A stretch of DNA of 21,933 nt, from the NCBI GenBank assembly GCA_031372565.1, contig JANMLN010000170.1, positions 1-21,933 of the forward strand. Direction: 5' to 3'. The translations under genes and the position numbers were made by a program. A model generated the notes under the pieces. It had not been told where the DNA came from. It did not search any database and saw nothing but the letters and a program-made list of their open reading frames with translations. Positions 9,399-16,784 of this stretch are shown here, piece after piece; the first letter of the stretch is position 1, and every line of letters starts with the position of its first letter. The DNA comes from Gemmatimonadota bacterium. Its GTDB lineage: Bacteria; Gemmatimonadota; Gemmatimonadetes; Gemmatimonadales; Gemmatimonadaceae.

Positions 9399-9645
9399 GA
9401 CATTCGTGTGGCACCGCACGCGCGGGCCCAAGCACACCCCGAAGGAGCAGGCGCCGACGACCGGCATGGTCGAAGTCCGTCAGGTGAAGAGCGGGATCGG
9501 CCACCCGGCCGTGATGCGCCGGACCTTGGCGTCGATCGGTCTGCACCACCACCAGGACGTTGTCGTGAAGCAGGACTCTGCTTCGCTGCGCGGCCAGATC
9601 AAGCACGTGCGTCACCTGGTAACGGTGACGCCGGTGAAGGAGTAG
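9391..9645 (+). CDS. rpmD: 50S ribosomal protein uL30 with N-terminal extension
   Basis: VRQVKSGIG...TLASIGL...[11 protein letters not shown]; strong AAGGAGGT SD before ATG 9391; position between rpsE and rplO. Confidence 0.92.
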   Translation: MARTFVWHRTRGPKHTPKEQAPTTGMVEVRQVKSGIGHPAVMRRTLASIGLHHHQDVVVKQDSASLRGQIKHVRHLVTVTPVKE

Positions 9646-9651
9646 TTGACG

Positions 9652-10110
9652 ATGAGCGAGCACATCGGCCTGCACAACCTCGTTCCCGCGCCCGGTTCCC
9701 ACCGGAACCGCAAGCGCATCGGGCGGGGTCCCGGCTCCGGCCACGGCAAGACGTCGGGCAAGGGGCACAAGGGCATCAAGGCGCGCTCGGGCCACCACGG
9801 CCATGGCGGCAACAAGCCGCACTTCGAGGGCGGGCAGATGCCGCTCACGCGCCGCATTCCGAAGCGCGGGTTCACCAACCCGTTCAAGGTGACGTACGAC
9901 GTGGTGCGTCTGGACGAGCTGGACCGCCTGCCGGCGGGAAGCGAAGTCAGCCACGATTCGTTGGTCGAGGCCGGGCTCGCCCGGGCCGGCCATCCGGTGA
10001 AGGTGCTCGCCAACGGCCTCATCGCCAACGCGATCACCATCAAGGGCATCAAGGTCAGCACCGGGGCGAAGGAGAAGATCGTCGCCGCGGGCGGCCGCGT
10101 CGAGGAGTAG
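9652..10110 (+). CDS. rplO: 50S ribosomal protein uL15
   Basis: RIGRGPGSGHGKTSGKGHKG, FEGGQMPLTRRIPKRGF; start ATG 9652 (or TTG 9646). Confidence 0.97.
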   Translation: MSEHIGLHNLVPAPGSHRNRKRIGRGPGSGHGKTSGKGHKGIKARSGHHGHGGNKPHFEGGQMPLTRRIPKRGFTNPFKVTYDVVRLDELDRLPAGSEVSHDSLVEAGLARAGHPVKVLANGLIANAITIKGIKVSTGAKEKIVAAGGRVEE

Positions 10111-10111
10111 G

Positions 10112-11446
10112 ATGGCCCAGTCCAATCCCGCCGAAGCACTGGCGAACATCTATCGCACGCCGGAGCTCTGGGAGAAGATCACCTTCACGTTCGTGTGCCT
10201 GCTGATCTACCGGATCGGCGCGCACGTGACGGTGCCTGGGGTCGATGTCATCGCCCTCACGGACTTCTTCCAGAACCAGAGCGGGAAGGGAGGCCTCCTC
10301 GGCCTCTATGACCTGTTCGTCGGCGGCGGGTTGTCGCGCGCGACGGTCTTCGCGCTCGGCATCATGCCGTACATCTCGGCGTCGATCTTCTCGCAGATCG
10401 CGGGCGCGGTCTTCCCGCAGGTGGACAAGCTCCAGAAGGAAGAAGAAGGGCGCAAGAAGATCACCCAGTGGACGCGCTACGCGACCATCGTCCTCGCGGC
10501 GGTGCAGGCGTGGGGCTTTGCGCTGTTCACGGAGTCGCTGCAGGGCGCGGTGGCCACCCCCGGCCTCGGCTTCAAGGTGCAGATGGCGCTCGTGCTCACG
10601 TGCGGCGCGATCTTCGTGATGTGGCTCGGCGAGCAGATCACCGAGCGCGGGCTGGGGAATGGCGCGTCGCTGATCATCTTCTTCTCGATCGTCGAGCGGT
10701 TCTGGCCCGGCATCTTCCAGACGTTCAAGTTCGTGTCGACGGGCGCCGTCGGCCTCTTCTCGCTCGTCGTGCTCGGGCTGGTGATGGTCGGCGTGGTGGG
10801 CGGCGTGGTGGCGATGACGCTCGCGGCACGCCGCGTTGCGATCCAGATCCCGCAGCGCACGATGGCACGCGGCCGGATGCGCGAGGCTGCCCGCAACTTC
10901 ATCCCGCTGCGCCTGAACTCGGCCGGCGTGATGCCGATCATCTTCGCGAGTTCGGTGATCGTCGTGCCGGGCGCCATCGCGCAGTTCTCTGGCAACCAGG
11001 CCGCACAGGGGGTCGCGGAGTATCTCGCGCCCGGCACCTGGATGTGGTACGTGCTGCAGTTCGGGCTGATTCTGTTCTTCACGTACTTCTACACGTCGAT
11101 CATCTTCAATCCGATCGACCTGGCCGAGAACCTGAAGAAGCAGGGCGGGTTCGTGCCGGGGGTCAAGCCGGGCGCGAAGACCGCCGAGTACATCGATGAA
11201 GTGGTCACGCGCATCACCTTCCCGGGCGCGCTGTTCCTGACCGTGATCGCGCTCATGCCGCAATTGATCGCCCAGTGGATCAACGTTCCCTTCCAGTTCG
11301 GCGGCACCTCGCTGCTGATCGTCGTGGGCGTGGCACTGGACACGATGGCGCAGTTGCAGCAGCATCTGCTGCTCCGGAAGTATGACGGCTTCATGAAGAA
11401 GGGCCGCGTCCGCTTCCGCGGGCGCCAGACGATGGGCGGCTTCTAG
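10112..11446 (+). CDS. secY: Preprotein translocase subunit SecY
   Basis: FALGIMPYISASI, WLGEQITERGLGNGASLIIF, AGVMPIIFA, FGGTSLLIVVGVALD; multiple hydrophobic segments. Confidence 0.98.
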   Translation: MAQSNPAEALANIYRTPELWEKITFTFVCLLIYRIGAHVTVPGVDVIALTDFFQNQSGKGGLLGLYDLFVGGGLSRATVFALGIMPYISASIFSQIAGAVFPQVDKLQKEEEGRKKITQWTRYATIVLAAVQAWGFALFTESLQGAVATPGLGFKVQMALVLTCGAIFVMWLGEQITERGLGNGASLIIFFSIVERFWPGIFQTFKFVSTGAVGLFSLVVLGLVMVGVVGGVVAMTLAARRVAIQIPQRTMARGRMREAARNFIPLRLNSAGVMPIIFASSVIVVPGAIAQFSGNQAAQGVAEYLAPGTWMWYVLQFGLILFFTYFYTSIIFNPIDLAENLKKQGGFVPGVKPGAKTAEYIDEVVTRITFPGALFLTVIALMPQLIAQWINVPFQFGGTSLLIVVGVALDTMAQLQQHLLLRKYDGFMKKGRVRFRGRQTMGGF

Positions 11447-11456
11447 CAAGACCGTC

Positions 11457-11486
11457 GGCACCCTTCGCCCGGCGGCGAAGGGTGCC
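11457..11486 (+). terminator. Perfect 13-bp GC-rich hairpin after secY (terminator-like or mRNA-stabilising; no U-tract)
   Basis: GGCACCCTTCGCC-CGGC-GGCGAAGGGTGCC, 10 nt after secY stop. Confidence 0.55.
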
Positions 11487-11519
11487 CTGAGTTCACCATA
11501 GTCCGATGGGTGCCCACGC

Positions 11520-12155
11520 ATGATCATCGTTCTCCTCGGCCCTCCGGGGGCCGGCAAGGGCACGCAGGGCGAGCGTCTCGTGACGCGTCTGGGCGTCCCC
11601 AAGGTTGCGACGGGCGACGTGCTGCGGGCCGCGGTCAAGGCTGGCACGCAGCTCGGCCTCGAGGCCAAGGGGTTCATGGATCGAGGCGACCTGGTGCCCG
11701 ATCGCGTGATCCTCGGGATCATGAAGGAGACGCTGTCGTCGCCGGAGACCGCCAAGGGCGTGATTCTCGACGGCGTGGTTCGCACCGAGGCGCAGGCCGA
11801 AGGGTTGTACTCGATGCTGCTGGAGATCAAGCGCCCGCTCGACGTGGTGTTGGTCTTCTCGATCGATGACGACGAGCTGGTTCGGCGGTTGTCGGGGCGC
11901 ACGACCTGCGATTCGTGCAGCACGCCGTTCATGGGCGTTGCGCCCGGTGCCACCTGTCCCAAGTGCGGCGGCACGCTGGTGCAGCGCGCGGATGACGCTG
12001 CCGAGGCGGTCCGCCGCCGCTTGCAGGTGTACGCGGCGCAGACCGAGCCGGTGATTCACTGGTTCCGCGATCACGGTGCCCGTGTGGCAACCGTAGATGC
12101 CGTGGGCACGCTGGATGAGGTGGAAGCACGTGCGTTGGCCGCCATCGGCCGCTAG
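11520..12155 (+). CDS. adk: Adenylate kinase with four-Cys LID domain
   Basis: GPPGAGKGTQ P-loop, GDLVPD, CDSC...CPKC LID, QRADD. Confidence 0.96.
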   Translation: MIIVLLGPPGAGKGTQGERLVTRLGVPKVATGDVLRAAVKAGTQLGLEAKGFMDRGDLVPDRVILGIMKETLSSPETAKGVILDGVVRTEAQAEGLYSMLLEIKRPLDVVLVFSIDDDELVRRLSGRTTCDSCSTPFMGVAPGATCPKCGGTLVQRADDAAEAVRRRLQVYAAQTEPVIHWFRDHGARVATVDAVGTLDEVEARALAAIGR

Positions 12156-12176
12156 CGCGTGGGACGTGATGTGGCG

Positions 12177-12224
12177 CCGTCATCGAGCGCAGAAGCAGGT
12201 CCTTCGCTTCGCTCAGGACGACGG
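12177..12224. repeat. REP-like extragenic repeat, copy 1, with degenerate inverted partner
   Basis: AGAAGCAGGTCCTTCGCTTCGCTCAGGACGACGG (12191-12224) matches 16736-16769 at 33/34 nt; CCGTCATCGAGCG (12177-12189) is an imperfect reverse complement of its 3' end. Confidence 0.8.
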
Positions 12225-12253
12225 GGGGTGTGCATGACTCAGGGCGGCATGCC

Positions 12254-13006
12254 GTGATCCAACTCAAGAGCGAGCGCGAGATCGAGGTCATGGCGGAAGG
12301 CGGACGGATCCTCGCCGCGACGCTGGACTTGATGCGCCGGTCCGTGCAGCCGGGCATGACCACGGCAGACCTCGATGTCATTGCGGAACGGTTCGTCGCG
12401 CAGCACGACGGCGCAGTCGCCGCGTTCAAGGGTCTCTACGGCTTTCCGCGTCATGCCTGCATTTCCGTGAACGAGGAGATCGTGCACGGGATCCCCAGTC
12501 CCAAGCGCGTGCTGAAGGCGGGTGACATCGTTTCCCTCGACTTCGGCGTGAAGTATCAGGGGTACTACACGGACGCGGCGATCACGGTGCCCGTGGGAAC
12601 GATCAGTGCCGACGATGCGCGACTGCTGGATGTGTGCGAGCGCTCGCTGCATGCGGGGATCCAGGCGGCCATCGCGGGCAATCACATCGGCGATATCGGC
12701 GCGGCGATCGCGGCGGTGGTGAAGTCGGCCGGGTTCACGACGGCGGATGACCTCGTGGGGCATGGCGTCGGCACCGGGCCGCACGAGGATCCGCAGGTGC
12801 CGAACTTCGGGAAGCCGAAGCGTGGAACGCGGCTGGTGCCCGGGCTCACCATCGCGATCGAACCGATGGTGAACGCGGGCGTGAGCGGGACGCGGACATT
12901 GAGCGACAACTGGACGGTGGTGACGCGCGACGGGAAGAAGAGTGCGCACTTCGAACACACGGTCGCGGTGACGGACGCGGGGCCGCGGATCCTGACGGCG
13001 GCGTAG
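12254..13006 (+). CDS. map: Type I methionine aminopeptidase
   Basis: CISVNEEIVHGIP, GDIVSLDFG, GHGVG..PHEDPQV, IAIEPMVN, SAHFEHTV; start placed at GTG 12254 (IQLKSERE) by family analogy. Confidence 0.96.
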   Translation: MIQLKSEREIEVMAEGGRILAATLDLMRRSVQPGMTTADLDVIAERFVAQHDGAVAAFKGLYGFPRHACISVNEEIVHGIPSPKRVLKAGDIVSLDFGVKYQGYYTDAAITVPVGTISADDARLLDVCERSLHAGIQAAIAGNHIGDIGAAIAAVVKSAGFTTADDLVGHGVGTGPHEDPQVPNFGKPKRGTRLVPGLTIAIEPMVNAGVSGTRTLSDNWTVVTRDGKKSAHFEHTVAVTDAGPRILTAA

Positions 13007-13031
13007 GGCGTCGCGTCGGTTCGAGGTGGCA

Positions 13032-13058
13032 GGGGGCGGCGCCGGTAGCGCTGCCCCT
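13032..13058. terminator. GC-rich hairpin between convergent map and hydrolase genes (possible bidirectional terminator)
   Basis: GGGGCGGCGC-CGGTA-GCGCTGCCCC stem with one G-U pair, between stops at 13006 and 13065. Confidence 0.5.
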
Positions 13059-13064
13059 CGTCGT

Positions 13065-13841
13065 TTACGCCAGGCCGGCGCGCATGAAGTGCGCCTCGAG
13101 GCTCGGACGCACCCGGGCGCTATCCGTGAGCGGCGCCATGTGCGAGGCCTCGGCGATCTCGTCCAATGCCGCGTGCGGGTTCGCCCGCGCCAGCCCGTGC
13201 GCCATGGCCACCGCGGGGCGTCGGGTGGCCGCGCCGTACGCGATCGTGAGCGGCGACGCGCGGTGCCAGTCCGCGAAGGTGTCGGTGCCGTAGAAGATGT
13301 CGTACAGCTCGGCCACCAGCTTTCCACCGACGGCCGTGACCCCTGCGCGCGCCTTTGCCGACATGCGATCGAAGGTGCCCGCCCCGTTCCAGTAGTCGAT
13401 GAAGCCGCCACACCACGCTTCGAAACCGGCGAAGTCGGCAGCAAGAGACTCGGGCGACGTGAAGAACGCCAGCGCTTCTGCCCGTGCCTCGGGGTCGGAT
13501 GCCGGGTCGTTGCGCAGCGCACCGAAGATGACCGGTTCGTAGACCCAGATGGAGCGCAGGATCGGCGCGAGCTCGGCGGCGAGGCGGAGCGCGACCAACC
13601 CCCCGTACGAGTGGCCCACGAGATGAAGCGCCGTCACGTCTGCCGGAAGCAACGCGCGCACGTGCGCCGCGTCAGCGCTGAGTCCGATCCGTTCCCCGAG
13701 GGCGACCGGCGGATTCGGCGGATACCCGAGCAGGGACGGTGCGATGACGCTCACGCCGGCGAGCGCCGGGATGCGCTCCAAAAAGCGCCACATCGAGGCT
13801 GGCGAGGCCGACGAATGCAGGGCGAGGACGACGGTGCTCAT
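13065..13841 (-). CDS. Alpha/beta fold hydrolase
   Basis: LALHSS N-terminal strand, GHSYGG nucleophile elbow, YEP, C-terminal ASHMAPL catalytic His. Confidence 0.9.
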   Translation of the reverse strand: MSTVVLALHSSASPASMWRFLERIPALAGVSVIAPSLLGYPPNPPVALGERIGLSADAAHVRALLPADVTALHLVGHSYGGLVALRLAAELAPILRSIWVYEPVIFGALRNDPASDPEARAEALAFFTSPESLAADFAGFEAWCGGFIDYWNGAGTFDRMSAKARAGVTAVGGKLVAELYDIFYGTDTFADWHRASPLTIAYGAATRRPAVAMAHGLARANPHAALDEIAEASHMAPLTDSARVRPSLEAHFMRAGLA

Positions 13842-13881
13842 GAGCGAGGAGGCTACGGCCAGCGCGGTGCACTGCCGAGGG

Positions 13882-14166
13882 TCAGGCGCCGTCGGCTTGC
13901 GGCTCGGCGTCGATCATGGGAGGTGGCACGACGGGGACACCCGGCGGCGTACGGCCGGCTGGGGCCATGGCCGGCGCGTCGTCGGCGGTACGGTCGGGCA
14001 CGTCGTGTTCGCGGGAGACGATGGCGCGTCCCTGCCGCTTGAGGGCATCGCGGAGGAGGAACTCGATGTGTCCGTTGACCGACCGAAGCTCGTCAGCGGC
14101 CCACGATGCGAGGGCATCGTGGACCGCCGGGTCGAGCCGCAGCAGGAAGGGTTTGCGCGGGGCCAC
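13882..14166 (-). CDS. Arc-like ribbon-helix-helix DNA-binding protein with Pro-rich tail
   Basis: RKPFLLRLDPAVHDALASWAADELRSVNGHIEFLLRDAL fits the RHH pattern (alternating strand, helix, RSxN, helix); lies just downstream of SPFH gene. Confidence 0.85.
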   Translation of the reverse strand: MAPRKPFLLRLDPAVHDALASWAADELRSVNGHIEFLLRDALKRQGRAIVSREHDVPDRTADDAPAMAPAGRTPPGVPVVPPPMIDAEPQADGA

Positions 14167-14201
14167 CGGACGTCAGTGCGCGCGGAACGACAGCGGCATC
14201 A

Positions 14202-15068
14202 TCAGTACATCGAGCCGGCGTTGACCACCGGCTGTGTCGAGCGTTCGGAGCAGAGCACCACGAGCAGGTTGCTCACCATCTGCGCTTTGCGCTCGTCATC
14301 AAGCTCCACGATCTTCTTCGCGGAGAGCAGCTCGAGCGCGTTCTCGACCATGCCCACCGCGCCCTCGACGATCTTGGTGCGCGCGGCGATGATGGCGCTC
14401 GCCTGTTGGCGCTGGAGCATGGCCTGCGCGATTTCCGGCGAGTAGGCGAGATGGCTGATGCGCGCCTCCACCGCCTCGACACCGGCCTTGGCCAGTCGCT
14501 CCTGAATGGCGAGCCGCAACGCGATGGACACCTCGGCCATGTGCGTGGACAGCGACTCGGCGCCCGAGTCGTGGGCGTCGTACGGGTAGCTCGACGCCAG
14601 CCCGCGCACGGCCGACTCGCTTTGCACGGTCACGTACTTCTCGTAGTCGTCCACCTCGAAGAGCGCCTCGGCGGTGTCGATCACCTTCCACACGACCACC
14701 GCCCCGATCTCGATCGGGTTGGAGTGGGAATCGTTCACCTTGAGCTTCTGCGTCTCGAAGTTCCGGACGCGGAGGGAGATCTTCTTCTTGGTGAAGAACG
14801 GATTGGCCCAGAACCAGCCGGGGGTCTTGATCGTGCCCTTGTAGGTACCGAAGAGGACGAGGACGCGCGCCTCGCCGGGTTCCACGATGAAGCTGCCGCA
14901 GGCACACACGAAGGCGACCATGCCGAGGGCGAAGCTGCCGAACGTGCGCAGCGGATGTGCATTGACGGCTCCGGCCATGACGCCGCCGGCGGCAACGAGC
15001 ATGAGCGCGACGAAGATGAGGAGCATGAGCGCGCCTGAGGGGGCGCGGAACTCTTTCTCTCGAAACAC
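14202..15068 (-). CDS. SPFH/band 7 domain membrane protein
   Basis: Two N-terminal hydrophobic segments, FGTYKGT...[42 protein letters not shown]; start moved to GTG 15068 (GGAG 8 nt upstream) because ATG 15107 lies inside the promoter. Confidence 0.92.
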   Translation of the reverse strand: MFREKEFRAPSGALMLLIFVALMLVAAGGVMAGAVNAHPLRTFGSFALGMVAFVCACGSFIVEPGEARVLVLFGTYKGTIKTPGWFWANPFFTKKKISLRVRNFETQKLKVNDSHSNPIEIGAVVVWKVIDTAEALFEVDDYEKYVTVQSESAVRGLASSYPYDAHDSGAESLSTHMAEVSIALRLAIQERLAKAGVEAVEARISHLAYSPEIAQAMLQRQQASAIIAARTKIVEGAVGMVENALELLSAKKIVELDDERKAQMVSNLLVVLCSERSTQPVVNAGSMY

Positions 15069-15097
15069 AGGAGGAACTCCGGTAGGGTGACATCTAA

Positions 15098-15126
15098 ACG
15101 ATATCATATGGATATCATGGTGTCAA
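15098..15126 (-). promoter_or_regulatory. Sigma70-type promoter of SPFH-RHH operon with overlapping GATATCAT direct repeats
   Basis: Minus strand TTGACA (15126-15121), 17-nt spacer, TG-n-TATCGT (-10 at 15103-15098); GATATCAT at 15100-15107 and 15111-15118. Confidence 0.75.
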
Positions 15127-15194
15127 GGAATCCCGTATCGCGGAGAGAGGGTTCCCCCGATGTCCAAAGATGACAAGCAGTTGCATCGTTGCCC

Positions 15195-16688
15195 ATGGGA
15201 AAAAGCCTGGACAGGGATTCCTTCACCGACGCGGAGTTCAGCGAGTTCGCCGAGCGAACACGCGAGCAGTTGAAGGCGCTCAGCTTTCTGCTGGAGCGTG
15301 ACGGGTTTGGCGAGGGAGCCACGAGCGTGGGCGCGGAGCTCGAGCTCGACATCGTGGATGGCGAGGGTCGACCGCTCGGGATCAATCGCGCCGTGCTCGC
15401 GGAGGCGCTGGATCCGCGCTGCACGCTGGAGCTCGACCGGTTCAATCTCGAGATCAACCTGACCCCGGTGATCGCGGCCGGCACTCCGTTCTCGCGTATC
15501 GGAGCGGAGATGAAGACCCTGATGGGGCTCCTTGGCGAAGCGGCTGAGCCACGCGGTGGGCGCATCGTGGCGGTGGGAATCCTGCCGACGCTCATGGAGA
15601 GCGACCTGCAGCGCGACGCGCTGACCGACCTGCCTCGTTATCGCGCGCTCTCGAACGGTCTTCGGCGCTGGCGCGAGGCGCCGTTTCGGCTGCGCATGGA
15701 TGGTGCCGATCCACTCGACATCACGGCCGACGACATCACGTTCGAGGGGGCGAACACCTCGCTGCAACTGCACCTTCGCACGTCGGTGGCGGATTTTGCC
15801 CGCACGTACAACGCGGCGCAGCTGGTGACACCGGTGGCGCTCGCCATCGGCTCGAATTCACCGGTGTTCTGCGGGCACCGGTTGTGGGACGAGACGCGGG
15901 TGGCGCTCTTCAAGCAGTCGCTCGATCATCGCGACGCCGAAGCGGTGCGGCGTCGGCTGCCGGCGCGCGTGGCGTACGGATATGGCTGGGTGCGGCAGGG
16001 GGCGTGGGAGCTGTTCGCCGAGGCGGCGTCGCTGTACCCACCGCTGATTCCGCGGCTCGAGGATGAACGCGAGGACGCCTTGGGGATGGCGCGGACTGGC
16101 GGCGCCCCCGCCCTGCGCGAGCTACGCCTGCACCAAGGCACCGTGTGGCGGTGGAACCGGGCGATTTACGACTCCGGCATGGGTGGGCACCTGCGGATCG
16201 AGTTTCGGGCGTTGCCGGCGGGGCCCACGACGGCCGACATGATGGCGAGCGCCGCGTTCCTGATCGGGCTCACGGTCGCATTCCGCGACCGGGTGGATGC
16301 CTTGCTTCCGTCGATGCCGTTCCTGTACTGCGAAACGAACTTCTATCGGGCGGCGCAGGACGGGATCGAGAGCACGCTGCTCTGGCCGGAGGCGGATGCA
16401 CCGAGTCCGCGGATGGTCAGCGCGCGTGAACTGGCCGGGCGGCTGTTGCCGCTGGCGGCGGAGGGGTTGGCGACGCTTGGCGTCGATGACGCGGAGATCG
16501 CGCGGTGCCAGGACGTGATCGAAGGGCGCCTCGCGACGCGCACGACGGGGGCGAGATGGCAGCGACGCGCGCTGGCACAGCTCGGAGACAAGCAGCCCAC
16601 GCCGGAGATGCTACAGCGGATGCTGGAGGGATATCTGGCGGAGGCGCGCACCGGGCGACCGGTGCACGAGTGGCGCGAGACGGTGTGA
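15195..16688 (+). CDS. Glutamate-cysteine ligase family 2 (GCS2) / carboxylate-amine ligase
   Basis: VGAELELDIVD, ELDRFNLEINL, NTSLQLHL, SNSP, RWNRAIYD, HLRIEFRALPAGPT; start ATG 15195 preferred over TTG 15189; substrate not determinable. Confidence 0.85.
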   Translation: MGKSLDRDSFTDAEFSEFAERTREQLKALSFLLERDGFGEGATSVGAELELDIVDGEGRPLGINRAVLAEALDPRCTLELDRFNLEINLTPVIAAGTPFSRIGAEMKTLMGLLGEAAEPRGGRIVAVGILPTLMESDLQRDALTDLPRYRALSNGLRRWREAPFRLRMDGADPLDITADDITFEGANTSLQLHLRTSVADFARTYNAAQLVTPVALAIGSNSPVFCGHRLWDETRVALFKQSLDHRDAEAVRRRLPARVAYGYGWVRQGAWELFAEAASLYPPLIPRLEDEREDALGMARTGGAPALRELRLHQGTVWRWNRAIYDSGMGGHLRIEFRALPAGPTTADMMASAAFLIGLTVAFRDRVDALLPSMPFLYCETNFYRAAQDGIESTLLWPEADAPSPRMVSARELAGRLLPLAAEGLATLGVDDAEIARCQDVIEGRLATRTTGARWQRRALAQLGDKQPTPEMLQRMLEGYLAEARTGRPVHEWRETV

Positions 16689-16735
16689 GGTCGGAGTGAG
16701 CGCGGGGAAGGACGTCGGTGTTGCAGCGGAGGGGG

Positions 16736-16784
16736 AGAAGCAGGTCCTTCGCTGCGCTCAGGACGACGGATCGCTCAGGACGAC
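16736..16784. repeat. REP-like extragenic repeat, copy 2, plus partial tandem copy
   Basis: AGAAGCAGGTCCTTCGCTGCGCTCAGGACGACGG (16736-16769), then TCGCTCAGGACGAC (16771-16784) overlapping the ftcD stop. Confidence 0.8.

Noticed and set aside
9541..9810. His clusters in uL30 (HHH) and uL15 (HHGH) as metal sites
   Set aside because: Too short, and located in basic rRNA-contacting regions; no evidence of metal function
1132..11974. Long antisense ORFs over the ribosomal cluster (e.g. 1132-2733, 5704-6852, 7450-8559, 10055-11974)
   Set aside because: Shadow frames expected from GC-rich codon bias; no recognisable motifs; they fully overlap confident genes
13882..14166. RHH gene as antitoxin of a toxin-antitoxin pair
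   Set aside because: No adjacent small toxin-like ORF; neighbours are SPFH and a hydrolase
13026..14445. Plus-strand ORFs 13026-14042 and 13744-14445, and minus ORF 12239-13522
   Set aside because: Arg/Gly-rich shadow translations overlapping map, the hydrolase, RHH and SPFH genes
15069..15107. SPFH start at ATG 15107 as given by the ORF track
   Set aside because: It lies within the predicted promoter spacer; GTG 15068 has a properly spaced GGAG
12191..16769. The two 34-bp repeats read as a CRISPR array or as ends of a 4.5-kb mobile element
   Set aside because: Only two full copies 4.5 kb apart, no spacers or cas genes, no integrase or transposase, and the interval includes the housekeeping map gene
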